A stretch of 64,000 nt of DNA from Dictyostelium discoideum (lineage: Eukaryota), in assembly GCA_000004695.1 (NCBI GenBank), contig CM000155.2:1696001-1760000 (forward strand), written 5' to 3'. A program made the translations under genes and the position numbers. The notes beneath the pieces are model-generated. The model ran no database searches, was not told the DNA's origin, and saw only the letters and a program-made list of their open reading frames with translations. Each line of letters opens with the position of its first letter. The stretch's first letter is position 1. Below, one piece after another: positions 26,572 to 41,773 of this stretch.

Positions 26572-29454
26572 AATAACAATTTAATAATATTTTTAAAATC
26601 AGTTAATCAATTAAATACTAATAATTATAAAGATATTACATTTGAATATGTTCAAATCAATCAAATTTTAGTAAAATTAGAACTTGAAGAAAATTATAAA
26701 TTATTATTAATAACTAATAATTCTCAATCAAGTAATTATTTATCAAATTCATTAATTGGTACATCAAGATATTTATTTGCAGATATAGTATCATCAAAAT
26801 TAGATATTATTACAATTGATTTCGATACCGTTTCAATTAAGAACCATCAAAATGTTATATCAGTTATTAACCATTTATTAGATTCAAAAGATAATAGTGA
26901 AAGAGAATATTATATTATTAATAATGAAATTAATATTGAAAGATATAAAAATGAATCAAATATTAAACATCAATTAAAATCAAAAACCTTTCAAGAAAAT
27001 AAAGATGAATTAATGGTACAATTAGACTCAAATTTAGAATATAGATTAAAATCAAAATCAAAACAAGAATTAAAATCAACTCATGTTGAAATTCAAGTTA
27101 AAGCAATTGGAATTAATTATAAAGATTATGCAACTTACAGTGGTTTAATCGATTCAATCATAGAAATTGATAAAGATAAAGAAAAGGATGAAAATTATGA
27201 CCAAAATTATCCAAGTATTGGTAATGATTTTAGTGGTGTAATTACAAGAATTGGTAGTGATGTTAGAAAGTTTAAAGTTGGTGATGAAGTATGTGGTTTA
27301 GCACCTAAAACATCCGCTTCACATATTATCACTGAAGAAGGTTATCTTTGTAAGAAACCATCAAACATTAGTCACTCTGAAGCTGCATCATCAGTAACAG
27401 TTTACACAACATCATTTCAAAGTATTTATAGCATTGGTGATTTAAAGAAAAATGAAACCATATTAATTCATTCAGGTAGCGGTGGTATTGGTTTATCTGC
27501 ATTGGAAATATTAAAATGGAAAAATCATCAAGGTTACATATTTGCAACTGTAGGCTCTGAAGATAAAGTTAAATATTTAACAGATACCTATGGTTCATTC
27601 ATAACTGGTATATATTCATCCAGAGATAAGGACTATCAAGATCAAATTAAAGAGAAATTAAAATCATTAGGTTGCGATATCGATCATCAAGGAGTAGATC
27701 TAATATTGAATACACTATCAGTAGAGTACATGGATTCAAATTTTAAATGTTTAAATCAAAAAGGTAGATGTATTGATCTTTCAATCACTCATTTAACTCC
27801 ATTTGATTATATGGATTATAATAAATTCAAATTCAATGTTTCCTATGGTAATATTGAACTTGTTGTATTACCATCCAAAATTATTAAAGATCATTTAAAA
27901 AAGATGCTTAAAGCCTTTTCATTAGGTAGTTTAAGATTTATACCTATTGTTGAATTTTCAAATTTGAATATAAGAAATGCAGTCGAATACATTAATCAAC
28001 GTAAACATATTGGTAAAATTGTAGTAAAGAATGATGTTGATTTTATAAATAAATTATTTATTGAACAACAACAACAACAAAACTCTGTTGAAAATAATGA
28101 AATTTTAATGAAAGATAAATATGATATTTCAAATTTAGAACTTGGTAAAAATATATTATTAACTGGTCAAACAGGTATTATTTTAACTATATTAAAATGG
28201 TTATATAAACATTCAAATAATTCAATTGAAAATATTATTATAATTTCCAAATCAAAATTAAAATGGGAATTAGAATTATTTATAAATGAATCAACTAATA
28301 ATAGAATTAAAATTCATTATAAACAAGCTGACGTTGGTAATAATAATGAATTAAATCAGTGCTTTGAAGAATTAAGATTACGACATTCAATTGAAGATAT
28401 TAATTCAATTTTCCATTTTGCATTTATTAATGATATTGGTCAATTTGAAGATGTTAATATGAATCGTATGGATATCGCTCATCATGCTAAAGCAATTGGT
28501 TCACTTAATTTACATAACCAATCTATTGAACGTAAATGGAATATTAAACAATTTGTATTGGCATCTTCGGCGTTATCAGTATTTGGTGGAGACAACCAAT
28601 GTTGTTATATCAGTGCTTGTTCAGTTTTAGACTCCTTATCAAAGTATAGAAAATCAATTGGTCTTCCATCTTTATCAATTAACTTTGGTGGTGTAACATC
28701 AACTGGTTTCGTATCTCGTAGTGGTGCTGTCGAAGCTAACCTTGAAAGTTCTATTATCAATTTAATTACACCACAATCATTAATTTCTTCATTGGATTTA
28801 TTTATTCAAAACTCTCAAACCTTTTCAAACTATACTCATTTCAATTTCATATATGATAATATAGAATCATATTCACTCAACAGAATGTTATTTAAATTTG
28901 ACTATTTAATCAACCAACATTCCTCATTAGTTTCAAATAAAAGATTAGGTGGAATAAATGAAAATAATAATATTGGTGATTTATTAGTATCAAAAATTGG
29001 TGAACTTTTATCAATTGAGCCATCAAAATTGAATTTAGATTTTAGATTAGTTGGTAAGTTTTGTTTTTTTTTATTTATAATTTTTATTTTATTATTACTA
29101 ATCTTTTCTAAAAATTAATAAATAAAATTAGATTATGGTTTAGATTCATTGGTTATCGTTCAACTTAAAAATTTTATTGATAAACAATTCCAACCTCATT
29201 TAATTTCAATTTTACAATTACAAAATAATAAAATCTCAACAACAATAGAAATTATAATCAAAGGATATAATAATAATCAAAATAAAAAAATTAAAAATGA
29301 ACAATCAAATGACATTCCAAGTGTAGTTCAAAAAGAAACTATCAAAGATAACAATGAAAATAAAGACGATATAAAAATCGATATGGATGATAAAAAAGAA
29401 AATTTAAAAGGTAAAAAAGAGAATATTGATGACAAAAAAGAAAATAACAATTAG
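21075..29454 (+). CDS. Type I iterative, highly reducing polyketide synthase with domain order KS-AT-DH-CMeT-ER-KR-ACP (copy 1, apparently intact)
   Basis: Six exons are proposed: 21075..21408, 21481..21798, 21915..22568, 22652..26074, 26137..29053, 29132..29454. Domain motifs seen: KS ([10 protein letters not shown]|[25 protein letters not shown]|[30 protein letters not shown]); AT (GHSFGE); CMeT ([12 protein letters not shown]); ER ([13 protein letters not shown]); KR ([10 protein letters not shown]); ACP ([12 protein letters not shown]). Intron donors are GTAACT, GTATGA, GTAAGA and GTAAGT, all with AG acceptors. Confidence 0.85.
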
Positions 29455-30128
29455 CCATAATTTCAAAATCGTTAGTTTTATAAAGTTTTTGTATTCAAAA
29501 CAATAATTAAAAAATAAAGTGATAATAATTTTACAAAAAATATTGTTACAAAAAAACAAAGATTAACCAAAAAAATTGATTTAATTAAATGGTTTTATTA
29601 TTTATTTTTTTTTTTTTAAAATTTAATTAATTTATAAAATTATACTTCATTTTTTAAAAAGATAAATTAGTGGGGGGACAAATTAATGGTCATTTTCTTT
29701 TTTTAAAATTCCTTATTTTCTCTTATTATTACTATATAGAGTTTAAATATTTTTTTATTTTTTTTTTTTTTTTTTTTTATTAAACCAAAATAGGGGCAAA
29801 AAAAACAAAAATACAAAAAAATTATTATTTTTTTTTTTTTTTATTTGCCATTTTCACCACAAAATAACATTACTACATAAAAATAAATAAATAAATAATT
29901 TTTTTTTTTTTTTATTTCAAAAACCGTTCTTGTGTTAAATCGAAATGGGCTTGTAGAATTTAAAAATGATAGTAAGTTTATTACAATATTGGGTGTTTGA
30001 AATTTTTTTTTTTTTTTCTATTTATTTTATTTTTAATTTAATGTTTTAATACCTTTTTTTTTATTTTTTTTTTAATTAGTTTATTTATTTATTTATTATT
30101 TTAGTATATCATATTAAGTGGAATACAA

Positions 30129-33100
30129 ATGATTAAAAGTCAAAGAGAATTTAATTGCATTTGCGGTGATAATCAAAATGGTGTCGCAGTTATTGGTGTA
30201 GGTTTTAAAATACCATCAGATCAAGAGAATTGTTTATCAAGTCCAAGTGAATTATATTCCGCATTATTGAATGAATTTGATGGTGTAAAAAATGATACAA
30301 GTACGCGTTGGTCTGATAACTATTTTAAAAATGGTGATATTGTTAGTAATAGTGCAGGTTTATTACCACTCAAAGAAATTAAATCATTTGATCCAACTTT
30401 TTTCGGTATTAATCCATCAGATACTGATTTAATTGATCCTCAACAAAGATTATTATTAAAATGTAACTTTTTTTTATTTTATTTTTTATTTTTATTTTTT
30501 AATGTAAATTATTATTAACAATTTTAATTTATTTAAAAAATTATATATATATTATTATTATTAGGTGTTTGGAATGCATTAGAAGATGGTGGTATTGACC
30601 CAATCAGTATTCGTTCATCAGATACTAGTGTCTACATTGGTTGTTCGAATATCGATTATTATCTTTTAAATAGAAATCTTATTGATCCTCATAATCATGG
30701 TATTCAAACTGCAGGTTATTCAATTCCAAATAGAATATCATATTGCTTTGATTTTAGAGGTGAAAGTTTGTTTGTTGACACTGCATGTTCATCATCACTA
30801 AATGCAGTTCATCTTGGTTACAATTCAATTTTAAATTCAAAATCAAAATTATCAATTGTTGGTGGCTCAAATTTAATTTTAGGTATGAATTATCTTTTTA
30901 TTTTTATTCGGTTATTATAATTTATTATAATTTATATTATTATTATTATTATTATTTTATTTTATTTTTTATAAATACTAACATATATATAATTTCTAGA
31001 TTCACAAAATAGTATTTTTTTTTTCTAAACAACAGGTGAATGGTCCAAGTGGTAAATGTAATAGTTTTTCAGAAGAAGCAGATGGCTTTGTTCGTAGTGA
31101 AACAGTTGGTGCGATAGTATTAAAGAATTTAAAAGATGCAATTAAAGATGGCGATAGAATTTATTGTGTAATTCAAGGTTCAAATTCAAATGTTGACGGA
31201 AATTATGAAAAATTAAATTATATTTCACCTTCAAAATTATCACAAGCTGAAAATATTACCAAAGCATTAAAATCAACAAATGGTACAGTCAATGCATCTG
31301 ATATTGATTATTTCGAATGTCACGGTACTGGTACACCAATCGGAGATCCAATTGAATTAGAAGGTATATCAATTGCATTAAATAGAACTGAACAATCTAC
31401 AACATTATCAAATCCACTTTTAATAGGTTCAATTAAATCAAATATTGGTCATTGTGAAGCAAGTAGTGGTATGGCCAGTTTAATTAAATGTTGTGTAATG
31501 TTTAAATATCGTCAATTTTTACCAAATATTAATTTCAAAACACCAAATCCATTAATCAAATTTAAAGAATGGAATTTAAAAGTTGTAACTGAACCAGTTC
31601 CATTCAATAATAATAAACAAACTATTATGGCAATTAATAATTTTGGTGTTTCTGGTAAGATTTTATTATAAAAATAATAAGAACAAAAATAAATCATCTA
31701 ATATTTACTATTGTTTATTTTTATTAAATAGGATCAAATTGTTGAATTATTTTATCAGAATATAAAAATAATAATAATAATAATAATAACAATAACAATA
31801 ATGATTTTAAAGCAACAACAAATTTAAAATCAAAAAAATTTATTATACCATTTTCACCAAATTCATCAACATCATTAGACAATTATAAATCATTACTTTC
31901 AAATTTATCAAATGAAACAAATAATTTTCAAAATTTTGTTATTAAACAAATTAATAATAAATCAACATCATTAAATCAAAGATCAGTAATCATTGCAAGT
32001 AATTGGAGTGAATTTAATGAGTCATCAAATGAAATTCAATCAAATATTAAAAAATCAATTATATCTAATATCACAATTAAAAAAAAGAATGCAGTTACAG
32101 TATTTGTATTTTGTGGTCAAGGTTCACAATATAATAAAATGGTATTATCGTTATACGAAAATGAACAAGTTTTCAAATCAACAATGGATGAATTAGATAA
32201 AGAATTATCCAAACACTATGGGTATTCAATTTTAGAAAAATTAAGATCAATTACAGATAATGATTTAGTAACAATTCATCAACCAATTTTAGCAATTCCA
32301 GTTAATGTAATGGTTCAAGTATCTCTATATGAATTGTATAAACATTGGGGTATTAAATCAGATATTATGGTTGGTCATTCGTTTGGAGAAATCGCTTGCT
32401 CCTATTGCTCTGGTATGGTTGATTTTAAAACATTATGTTATTTAACATACCACAGATCAGTAGCTCAGAATAAAACAATTGGATCAGGTAAAATGTTATC
32501 AATTAATATTGGTGCTAAAGAATACTTGGATTCTGATTCAACTAAATATCCATCGGTAGAAATCGCATGTTATAATAGTGAAACATCAATCGTTATTGCA
32601 GGTAATGAAGAATTATTAAATGAAATTTCAAAAGATTTAAAATCAAAAGATATTTTTACATCAATGTTACCATCATTATCAGCATTTCATACAACACACC
32701 AATCAGTTATTAAAGATGATATTTGCTCATTGAATTTTAAATCAACATTATCAAAAATAGCAGTATTTTCCACAGTCACATCAAATCAGTTTGGTATTAA
32801 TAATAATAATAATAATCAATTTAATTCAAATTACCTTTTTCAAAATGTTATTCAACCAGTTAAATTTAGTGAAACAATATCAAATATATATAAATACATT
32901 GAATCAAACGATATGGGTAATGAAATTATATTTATTGAAATTGCACCACACCAAACTTTACAATATTATTTAAATCAAATGAAATCACAACAATCAGAAT
33001 ACTTTAATAATGGTGAAAAGATTTCAATCTATTCAGTATGTAATAAAAAGAAAAATGATTATAATGAATTTTTAAAAACAATTTCAACATTGTTTGTAAA

Positions 33101-33134
33101 TGGATATAATAATATTAATTTTAAATCTCAAATT

Positions 33135-33170
<36 letters not shown>

Positions 33171-36100
33171 TTTAATTTACCATTATATCAATGGGATGAT
33201 AATGAATATTATAAAATTCATCCAACATGGAAAAAAGCAAATAAAAATGGACCATCAATTAATCATCTTGGAAATCTAAATGATTCTTCAATTAAATCAT
33301 TTAAAACCTATATTAATACAAGAAAACCACAATTCCAATGGTTAAAAGGTCATTCTTTAAAAGGAAAAGTTGTATTCCCTGGTATGGGTTATATTTCAAA
33401 TTTACTCTCAGTTTATAATATGAACCAAGATATTACAATTAATGAAATTCAATTTAAAAGTGCATTTATTTTAGTCAATGGTGTCAATAACTGTTTAGAG
33501 ACATCAATTATACCATTAACAAAGAATGAATTCAATATTAAATTTCATTTCAAAGATTTAAAAACAAATAAATGGGTATTATGTGCAAATGCAAACTATA
33601 GTTTATTTAAACATAATCAAAATAATGATAATAAATTTGATATTGAAAAATTAAAATCTAATTGTAATTATACAATAATTTCAAAAGATGAATTATATAA
33701 TAATATTAGAGCGAAATGTAGATTAACCTTTAAAGGTTTATTTCAAGGTGTTAAAGAAGCTTTCATTGGTAATAGATGTTCATTAACAGTTTTATCATTA
33801 AATGAAATTGAAAACCAACAAGAGTTTAAACATTTATTAGAGAATAGAAACTTTAATTCATTATTCAATACAGCAATTTTAGATTCATGTTTACATGGTT
33901 CACTTCACTCAAATGAACAAGCTCAATTTTATTTTGACAAATGTGAAGGTTTTAAATATTATTCAAACAATATTAATTTAGCAACTTCAAAAATAGATGA
34001 ATATAAAGAGATTTATGTTTATAATGAAACGAATCCCGTGATCAATTCAACACTTTTTGCAAGTTTAAAAATTATGTTACCAGATGGAACATTATTAATT
34101 GAAATTCAAAAAGTAGTTTTCAAATCATCAATAACAATTATTGATAGTACCTCAGTTATTCAACCATCACCAAAAGATTTACACACACCATATTATCAAC
34201 CAAAAGATTCATTAATTAAACCACCACAATCATTTAAACATTTACATTGTATGAAAGAATTTACAAGTATGGAATCTGATAATATAGAAATGCTTAATAT
34301 GTCAATTTATCATTTAATGTTTAGAGTTATCAATGCTAGATCTCCAACAAAAATCAATTTAGAATCCCTTGAAAATTTAACATTAGATCAATTTAAAGAG
34401 TTATTAAAAGACTGTGCAGCAAATATTCAACGTTCCAATCAATTTATATATGAATGTTTAAAACTATACCATACAAATTATTCAAATTATAAAATAAATG
34501 AACTTGAAGATTTTATAAAACAAAGTGAAGATTTTAATGGATATAATCAAATAATTTTTAAAGCAATTAAAATCTATGCAAAATTATTCCCATTACCAGA
34601 TGACGATCCATTTACAGATACAATTCAATCATTGTTTAAAGATGATCAATTAGAAAGTGTATACTTCCATTCAAAACACCTTTATCCAGTAAACAATTTA
34701 TTAAGTGAAATCGTTTTTCAATCAATTAAACCAATAATAAATCAAACATCAACATTTAGAATTTTAGAAATAGGAGCAGGTTATGGTTCAATCTCACAAT
34801 TAATATTTGATAAACTCGAACAACTTTTAGCAGATAATTTCACATCATCAAGAATTGATATAGAATATACATTTACTGATATTTCAAATACTTTCTTATC
34901 AAAAGCAAAAGAGAGATATTCAAAATATAAAAGATTCAATATAATTTACAAATTATTAGATTTAGAACTTCCTTTAACAGAAGGTTTTCAAGATTTTAAA
35001 CCAAAATATTATGATATAGTTGTTATGTCAATGGTTTTACATGTTGTAAAAGATATTAATTTCAGTACAAATGAAATATATAAAGTTTTAAAACAAAATG
35101 GTCAATTAATATTTGTAGAACCAACATATAAAAATTTATATATTGATACTATATTGGGTATATTCCCTCAAGTAAGTAGTTTTTTTAATATTTATTATTA
35201 TCTTTTATTAAAATTATTTTTATTTTTATTTTTTAGTGGTGGTCATTTAATGATGATATTAGAACTGATAGATGTTGTCTTGAACCTTCAAAATGGTTTG
35301 AATTTTTAGAAACAATTAATTTTAAAGATACAATTATTTTAGGTCAAGATAATAAAGAAATCTTGAAAAATTTTGAAAATCCAATAATATTAGTACAAAC
35401 TAGAAAACCATCACAACTTGAATTATCGATAAATAATTCACCATCAATCAAGCAATTTAAATCTTTTGAAAACATAATATTATATACTGATGATAATCAA
35501 CAACGAAATGATTGTAGTGAAATTATCGATTTATTAAAATCATTTGAACTACCAATTAAAATAATTAACAAAATAAATCAATTTAAACAATTTATTAAAT
35601 CACAATCTAATAAAAATAATAATACTATTAATAACAACTTAATAATATTTTTGAAATCAGTTAATCAATTAAATATTAATAATTATGAAGATATTACATT
35701 CGAATATGTTCAAATCAATCAAATTTTAGTAAAATTAGAACTTGAAGAAAATTATAAATTAATATTATTAACTAATAATTCTCAATCAAGTAATTATTTA
35801 TCAATTCATTAATTGGTACATCAAGATATTTATTTGCAGATATAGTCTCATTGAAATTAGATATTATTTCAATTGATTTCGATACAGTTTCAATTAAGAA
35901 CCATCAAAATGTTATATCAGTTATTAACCATTTATTAGATTCAAAAGATAATAGTGAAAGAGAATATTATATTATTAATAATGAAATTAATATTGAAAGA
36001 TATAAAAATGAATCAAATATTAAACATCAATTAAAATCAAAAACCTTTCAAGAAAATAAAGATGAATTAATTGTACAATTAGACTCAAATTTAGAATATA

Positions 36101-38513
36101 GATTAAAATCAAAATCAAAACAAGAATTAAAATCAACTCATGTTGAAATACAAGTTAAAGCAATTGGAATTAATTATAAAGACTATGCAACTTACAGTGG
36201 TTTAATCGATTCAATCATAGAAATTGATAAAGATAAAGAAAAGGATGAAAATTATGACCCAAATTACCCAAGTATTGGTAATGATTTTAGTGGTATAATT
36301 ACAAGAATTGGTAATGATGTTAGAAAGTTTAAAGTTGGTGATGAAGTATGTGGCTTAGCACCTAAAACATCTGCCTCACATATTATCATTGAAGAATTTC
36401 ATCTTTGTAAGAAACCATCAAACATAAGTCATTCTGAAGCTGCATCATCAGTAACAGTTTACACAACATCATTTCAAAGTATTTATAGCATTGGTGATTT
36501 AAAGAAAAATGAAACCATATTAATTCATTCAGGTAGCGGTGGTATTGGTTTATCCGCATTGGAAATATTAAAATGGAAAAATCATCAAGGTTACATATTT
36601 GCGACTGTAGGCTCTGAAGAAAAAGTTAAATATTTAACAGATACCTATGGTTCATTCATAACTGGTATCTATTCATCCAGAGATAAGAACTATCAAGATC
36701 AAATAAAAGAGAAATTAAAATCATTAGGTTGCGATATCGATCATCAAGGAGTAGATCTAATATTGAATACATTATCAGTAGAATATATGGATTCAAATTT
36801 CAAATGTTAAAATCAAAAAGGTAGATGTATTGATCTTTCAATCACTCATTTAACTCCATTTGATTATATGGATTATAATAAATTCAAATTCAATGTTTCC
36901 TATGGTAATATTGAACTTGTTGTATTACCATCCAAAATTATTAAATATCATTTAAAAAAGATGCTCAAATCCTTTTCATCAGGTAGTTTAAGATTTATAC
37001 CAATTGTAGAATTTTCAAATTTGAATATAAGAAATGCAGTCGAATACATTAATCAACGTAAACATATTGGTAAAATTGTAGTAAAGAATGATGTTGATTT
37101 TATAAATAAATTATTTATTGAACAACAACAACAACAACAACAAAACTCTGTTGAAAATAATGAAATTTTAATGAAAGATAAATATGATATTTCAAATTTA
37201 GAACTTGGTAAAAATATATTATTAACTGGTCAAACAGGTATTATTTTAACTATATTAAAATGGTTATATAAACATTCAAATAATTCAATTGAAAATATTA
37301 TTATAATTTCTAAGTCAAAATTAAAATGGGAATTAGAATTATTTATAAATGAATCAACTAATAATAGAATCAAAATTCATTATAAACAAGCTGACGTTGG
37401 TAATAATAATGAATTAAATCAGTGCTTTGAAGAATTAAGATTACGACATTCAATTGAAGATATTAATTCAATTTTCCATTTTGCATTTATTAATGATATT
37501 AGTCAATTTGAAGATGTTAATATGAATCGTATGGATATCGCTCATCATGCTAAAGCAATTGGTTCACTTAATTTACATAACCAATCTATTGAACGTAAAT
37601 GGAATATTAAAAAATTTGTATTGGCATCTTCGGCAACATCAGTATTTGGTGAAGAAAACCAATGTTGTTATATCAGTGCTTGTTCAGTTTTAGACTCCTT
37701 ATCAAAGTATAGAAAATCAATTTGTCTTCCATCTTTATCAATTAACTTTGGTGGTGTAACATCAACTGGTTTCGTATCTCGTAGTGATGCTGTCGAAGCT
37801 AACCTTGAAAGTTCTATTATCAATTTAATTACACCACAATCATTAATTTCTTCATTGGATTTATTTATTCAAAATTCTCAAACCTTTTCAAACTATTGTC
37901 ATTTCAATTTCCTATATGAAAATATAGAATCATATTCACTCAACAGAATGTTATTTAAATTTGACTATTTAATCAACCAACATTCTTCATTAGTTTCAAA
38001 TAAAAGATTAGGTGGAATAAATGAAAATAATAATATTGGTGATTTATTAGTATCAAAAATTGGTGAACTTTTATCAATTGAACCATCAAAATTGAATTTA
38101 GATTAGTTGGTAAGTTCTGTATTTTTAATATATTTATTTATAATTTTTATTTTATTACTAATCTTTCTAAAAATTAATTAAAAATTAGATTATGGTTTAG
38201 ATTCATTGGTTATCGTTCAACTTAAAAATTTTATTGATAAACAATTCCAACCTCATTTAATTTCAATTTTACAATTACAAAATAATAAAATCTCAAAAAT
38301 AATTCAAATTATAATCAAAGGATATAATAATAATCAAATTAAAAAAATTTGAAATGAACAATCAAATGAAATACCAAGTGTAGTTCAAAACGAAAATGCA
38401 GAAAATAGATGATAACAAAGAAAACTAAAGAAGATAAAATGAAAAAAATGAAAATAAAAATGGGATAATAGACAAACAAAAAGAAAAATTATAAAGATAT
38501 AAAAAAAGAATAA
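30129..38513 (+). pseudogene. Tandem duplicate (copy 2) of the upstream PKS, with several frame-disrupting lesions; likely a pseudogene
   Basis: It is near-identical to copy 1 through KS-AT-DH-CMeT (30129..35309). Lesions: T10 instead of T9 in exon 3 (about 31006-31025), consistent with the ORF track restarting at 31036; a 1-nt deletion near 35800 that gives the stop ending ORF 35363..35812; a 1-nt deletion near 36805 (tgtttaaat becomes tgttaaaat, a stop); a 7-nt deletion near 38100; and a divergent last exon with stops (38186-38513). The ORF track shows the region split into 35363..35812, 35851..36810 and 36868..38106. Confidence 0.7.
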
Positions 38514-38753
38514 CTAGCCAGAATTTCAAAATTTTTAGTTTTACTATTTAAAAATTTCTTTATTTCACAAAAGACCACCACCAATAAAGTAGAAAAAAAT
38601 AATTTCTTCTTTATATAAATTTATTTTTTTTATTTTTTTTTATTTTTTTTATTTTTTTTTTTTTTATTAATACAAATAATACCAAATTATTATCATTGTA
38701 TAAAAAAAAAAAAAAATTAAAAAAAAAAATAATCTTAATTGTAAAAATGTGGG

Positions 38754-38784
<31 letters not shown>

Positions 38785-38903
38785 TTATTTAATTATCATT
38801 GTATTTCAAATTATTATCATTGTATTTCATACTAACTTTGTGTTTCATTTTTTCAAATTATAATTTTTTAAAAAATAAAATAATATTAATTAATTTAAAG
38901 AAA

Positions 38904-39312
38904 ATGAATACCCAAAGTAATAATATAAATAACTTTAAGAATGTTAAAACAATAGAATTACAAATCAACAAAGATAAATTTTCTCTTCAAAGCCCATGGG
39001 AAGGTGAGTATTATTTGAAAATATATTTTCAGGAAATTAATAATTAAACTAATCTAATTATAAAAAATAATAAAAAAACAGTTAGCGATTTAATATCAAA
39101 AGAAGATTATAGTGAATTCATAAATTCAATTAATCAAATTCTTAATAATTTTAGTTTCCTTTACACTTCTATTTTCACATTTACATTGAGTTTTATATTT
39201 TTTGCAATGTTTAAATCTTCAATCTTTTTAGCATGGCTTTTAGAAGTTAATTTTTTAATTATTAGTATTTTCTTTTTTTATAAATATCATAAGTATAATT
39301 CATATTCAAGAG

Positions 39313-39344
<32 letters not shown>

Positions 39345-39743
39345 GATTTACTTAGTAATTATTATTAATACTAATATTATTTTAAAAATAAATAGTATAC
39401 TTTAATTCAAGAAAAAATATTTCAATTTAATAAAACAAAAAGTATGTATGGTGTACCAATTCAATTTTGTTTATTATTAAGAAAAAAGGAAGAAATAAAT
39501 CATTTTTCTGGAGAACATGATGATATCAGTTTAATACTTTCATATGATAATGATAAAAATGATGAAATTTATTCAATTGAAAATAATATTCAAGTTAATA
39601 ATAACAATAATACTTTCATTGAAATAGATACGTGTAAAATCAACAATAACAATTGCGATATAAATGATAATAATATTATTAAAAATAATTCAATTACTAT
39701 TGATATATCAAATAATAATAAAATTGGAGAATCTAAAGCTTAA
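38904..39743 (+). CDS. Hypothetical small multi-exon gene (about 3 exons), predicted membrane protein
   Basis: ATG at 38904; exon 1 ends SPWEG|GTGAGT near 39005; exon 2 is about 39083-39310 with hydrophobic stretches; exon 3 follows acceptor aaatag near 39400 and runs to the stop at 39743. No family was recognised. The model is tentative. Confidence 0.3.
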
Positions 39744-39918
39744 TAGAAAAAATAAAATAAATTATCTTCCAAAAATAAGTTATATTTTTAATTTAGTTTA
39801 TTACAATTGTTTTTATTATTTTTTTTTATAAATATAGTTGATAGATAATTATGAACTTTTTCTTTTTTTTTTTTTTTTTTTTTTTTTCTGGTTCAAAAGA
39901 AAAAAAATCAAATACAAT

Positions 39919-41725
39919 TTAATTTTCGGTCGGTGGTCTTGGTCTTCTTGTTGGTGGTTTTCTCTTTGAAGCAATATGTGGTCTACTAGCAGTAACGTGA
40001 GTTAATTCAGCAGAATCACTTTCTGGTGCATCTGATAATGAACCTGGTACACTTGGACCAGATGGTTTTTTAACAGGTGTTTTAGTTGGGGTTGAAGTGG
40101 TTGGAGTTGATCTTGGAGCAACAACAGGTTTTGATTTAAGTGGTGTAACATCTTTAGTTGGAGTGACTGGTTCTGGTTCTGGTTCTGGTGCTACTGGTTT
40201 TCTGATTGGTGGCGCACCTCCACCCATATTTCTAGCGATAGCCTCGGCGACAGCAGAGTTTGCTGATAATTTAGCACCAAATTTAGAGACTGGTTGAGTT
40301 GGTTTTGGTGTAGTTGAAACTGGTGGTGTAGTTGTAGTTGAAACTGGTGGTGGATTTGCAGGTTTAAGAGGAGCAGCAGCACCAGTTCTTGGGGCAGTGA
40401 CAGGTGGAACATTGGTGGTTGGAGTTGGTTGTGGAGTGATCGGTGGTGAGGTTGGTTGTGGTGATCTTGTTGGTACAGGACTATCTGGAATTGGGGTGGC
40501 ACCACTAGCTTCATTTTGAGCTTGAGATTCTTCCAATATTAAATCCTTGAAAACACTATCCAAGCCAATGGTAATTTTCTCGTAGGTATAATCAGAGGCA
40601 ATATCCAAGGCACTAATGAAACACTCATGAGCACGAGAACTTAATTCAGCACCAGCACCTTTAACGAGGGTTGAATGAATTTGTTGTTCATCGACATCCT
40701 TTGAACCATATTGAATGGTTGTGGCCAGACGTTTAATGGTTGGACCATCCATAGATTGGAAAGTATTTTGCATACTCTCCAAGATTTGTTGAGTCATTTC
40801 ATTCTTTTTAGCATTAATTACATCGTTAACAACTTGAACGAAATCCTTTAACTTTTGATTGAGTTCCATTTCCAAAGAGGCATGAATTGATTCCTTAATG
40901 AGATGAATGCCACCAATCACTTTTTCAGTACTTTCAGCATCTTTAACTATGAGAATGTTGTTTGGATCTGTTACTTTTCTACCGATACTTTTGATTTTAT
41001 TTAAAAGTTTTTCAACTCCTTGTTGTTGGCCACTTGCCAAGAAGGAAAGATTAGTAGCACCAATACTATTACCACCATTACCTTCGAATGCACGAGTTGG
41101 TGATTGATTTCTATTGATACATGAATCGATTTCCTTCCAAATTTGTTGGAATTTTGGTTCACGATGACATTGAATAATATCATTCAAAGGTGTTGGCATA
41201 TTCTTGAGGGTTAAATTTCTCTCTAAACCCACTTGAAAACCAGCGAAACCAATGGCAGTTGTTAAATTATCATCCCAAATCAAAGTATGTAAAGTTTTAT
41301 TGGTTTGCAATGCTTTACCCAATCCAATGGCACCTTTTGGACCCATTTGGTGACCAGAAATATCCAATTCCAATAAACTTGAATTGGTTGCCAATGAATA
41401 AATCAATGAAAGAATATCGGCTTTCAAAGGTGATTTACTATTACCAACTGTCATATGAAGTGTTTCCAATGGACATTCAGACTCTAACAATGATATAACA
41501 CTTTCAATTGCTGATGGTCTAGATTTGGTTTTAGATTGTTTAAAATTACCATTCAAAATTAATTTCTTTATTGTACTATTACCAACAAATCCATCACAAA
41601 TTACTGATACACCTTCATCACCAAAATCATTTTCTGATACATCTAAATAAATAACATTTGATAATTTATCTGTTGCTAATGATGCTAACATTCTTGCACC
41701 TGCAATACCTAAATCATTATTCTTT

Positions 41726-41773
<48 letters not shown>

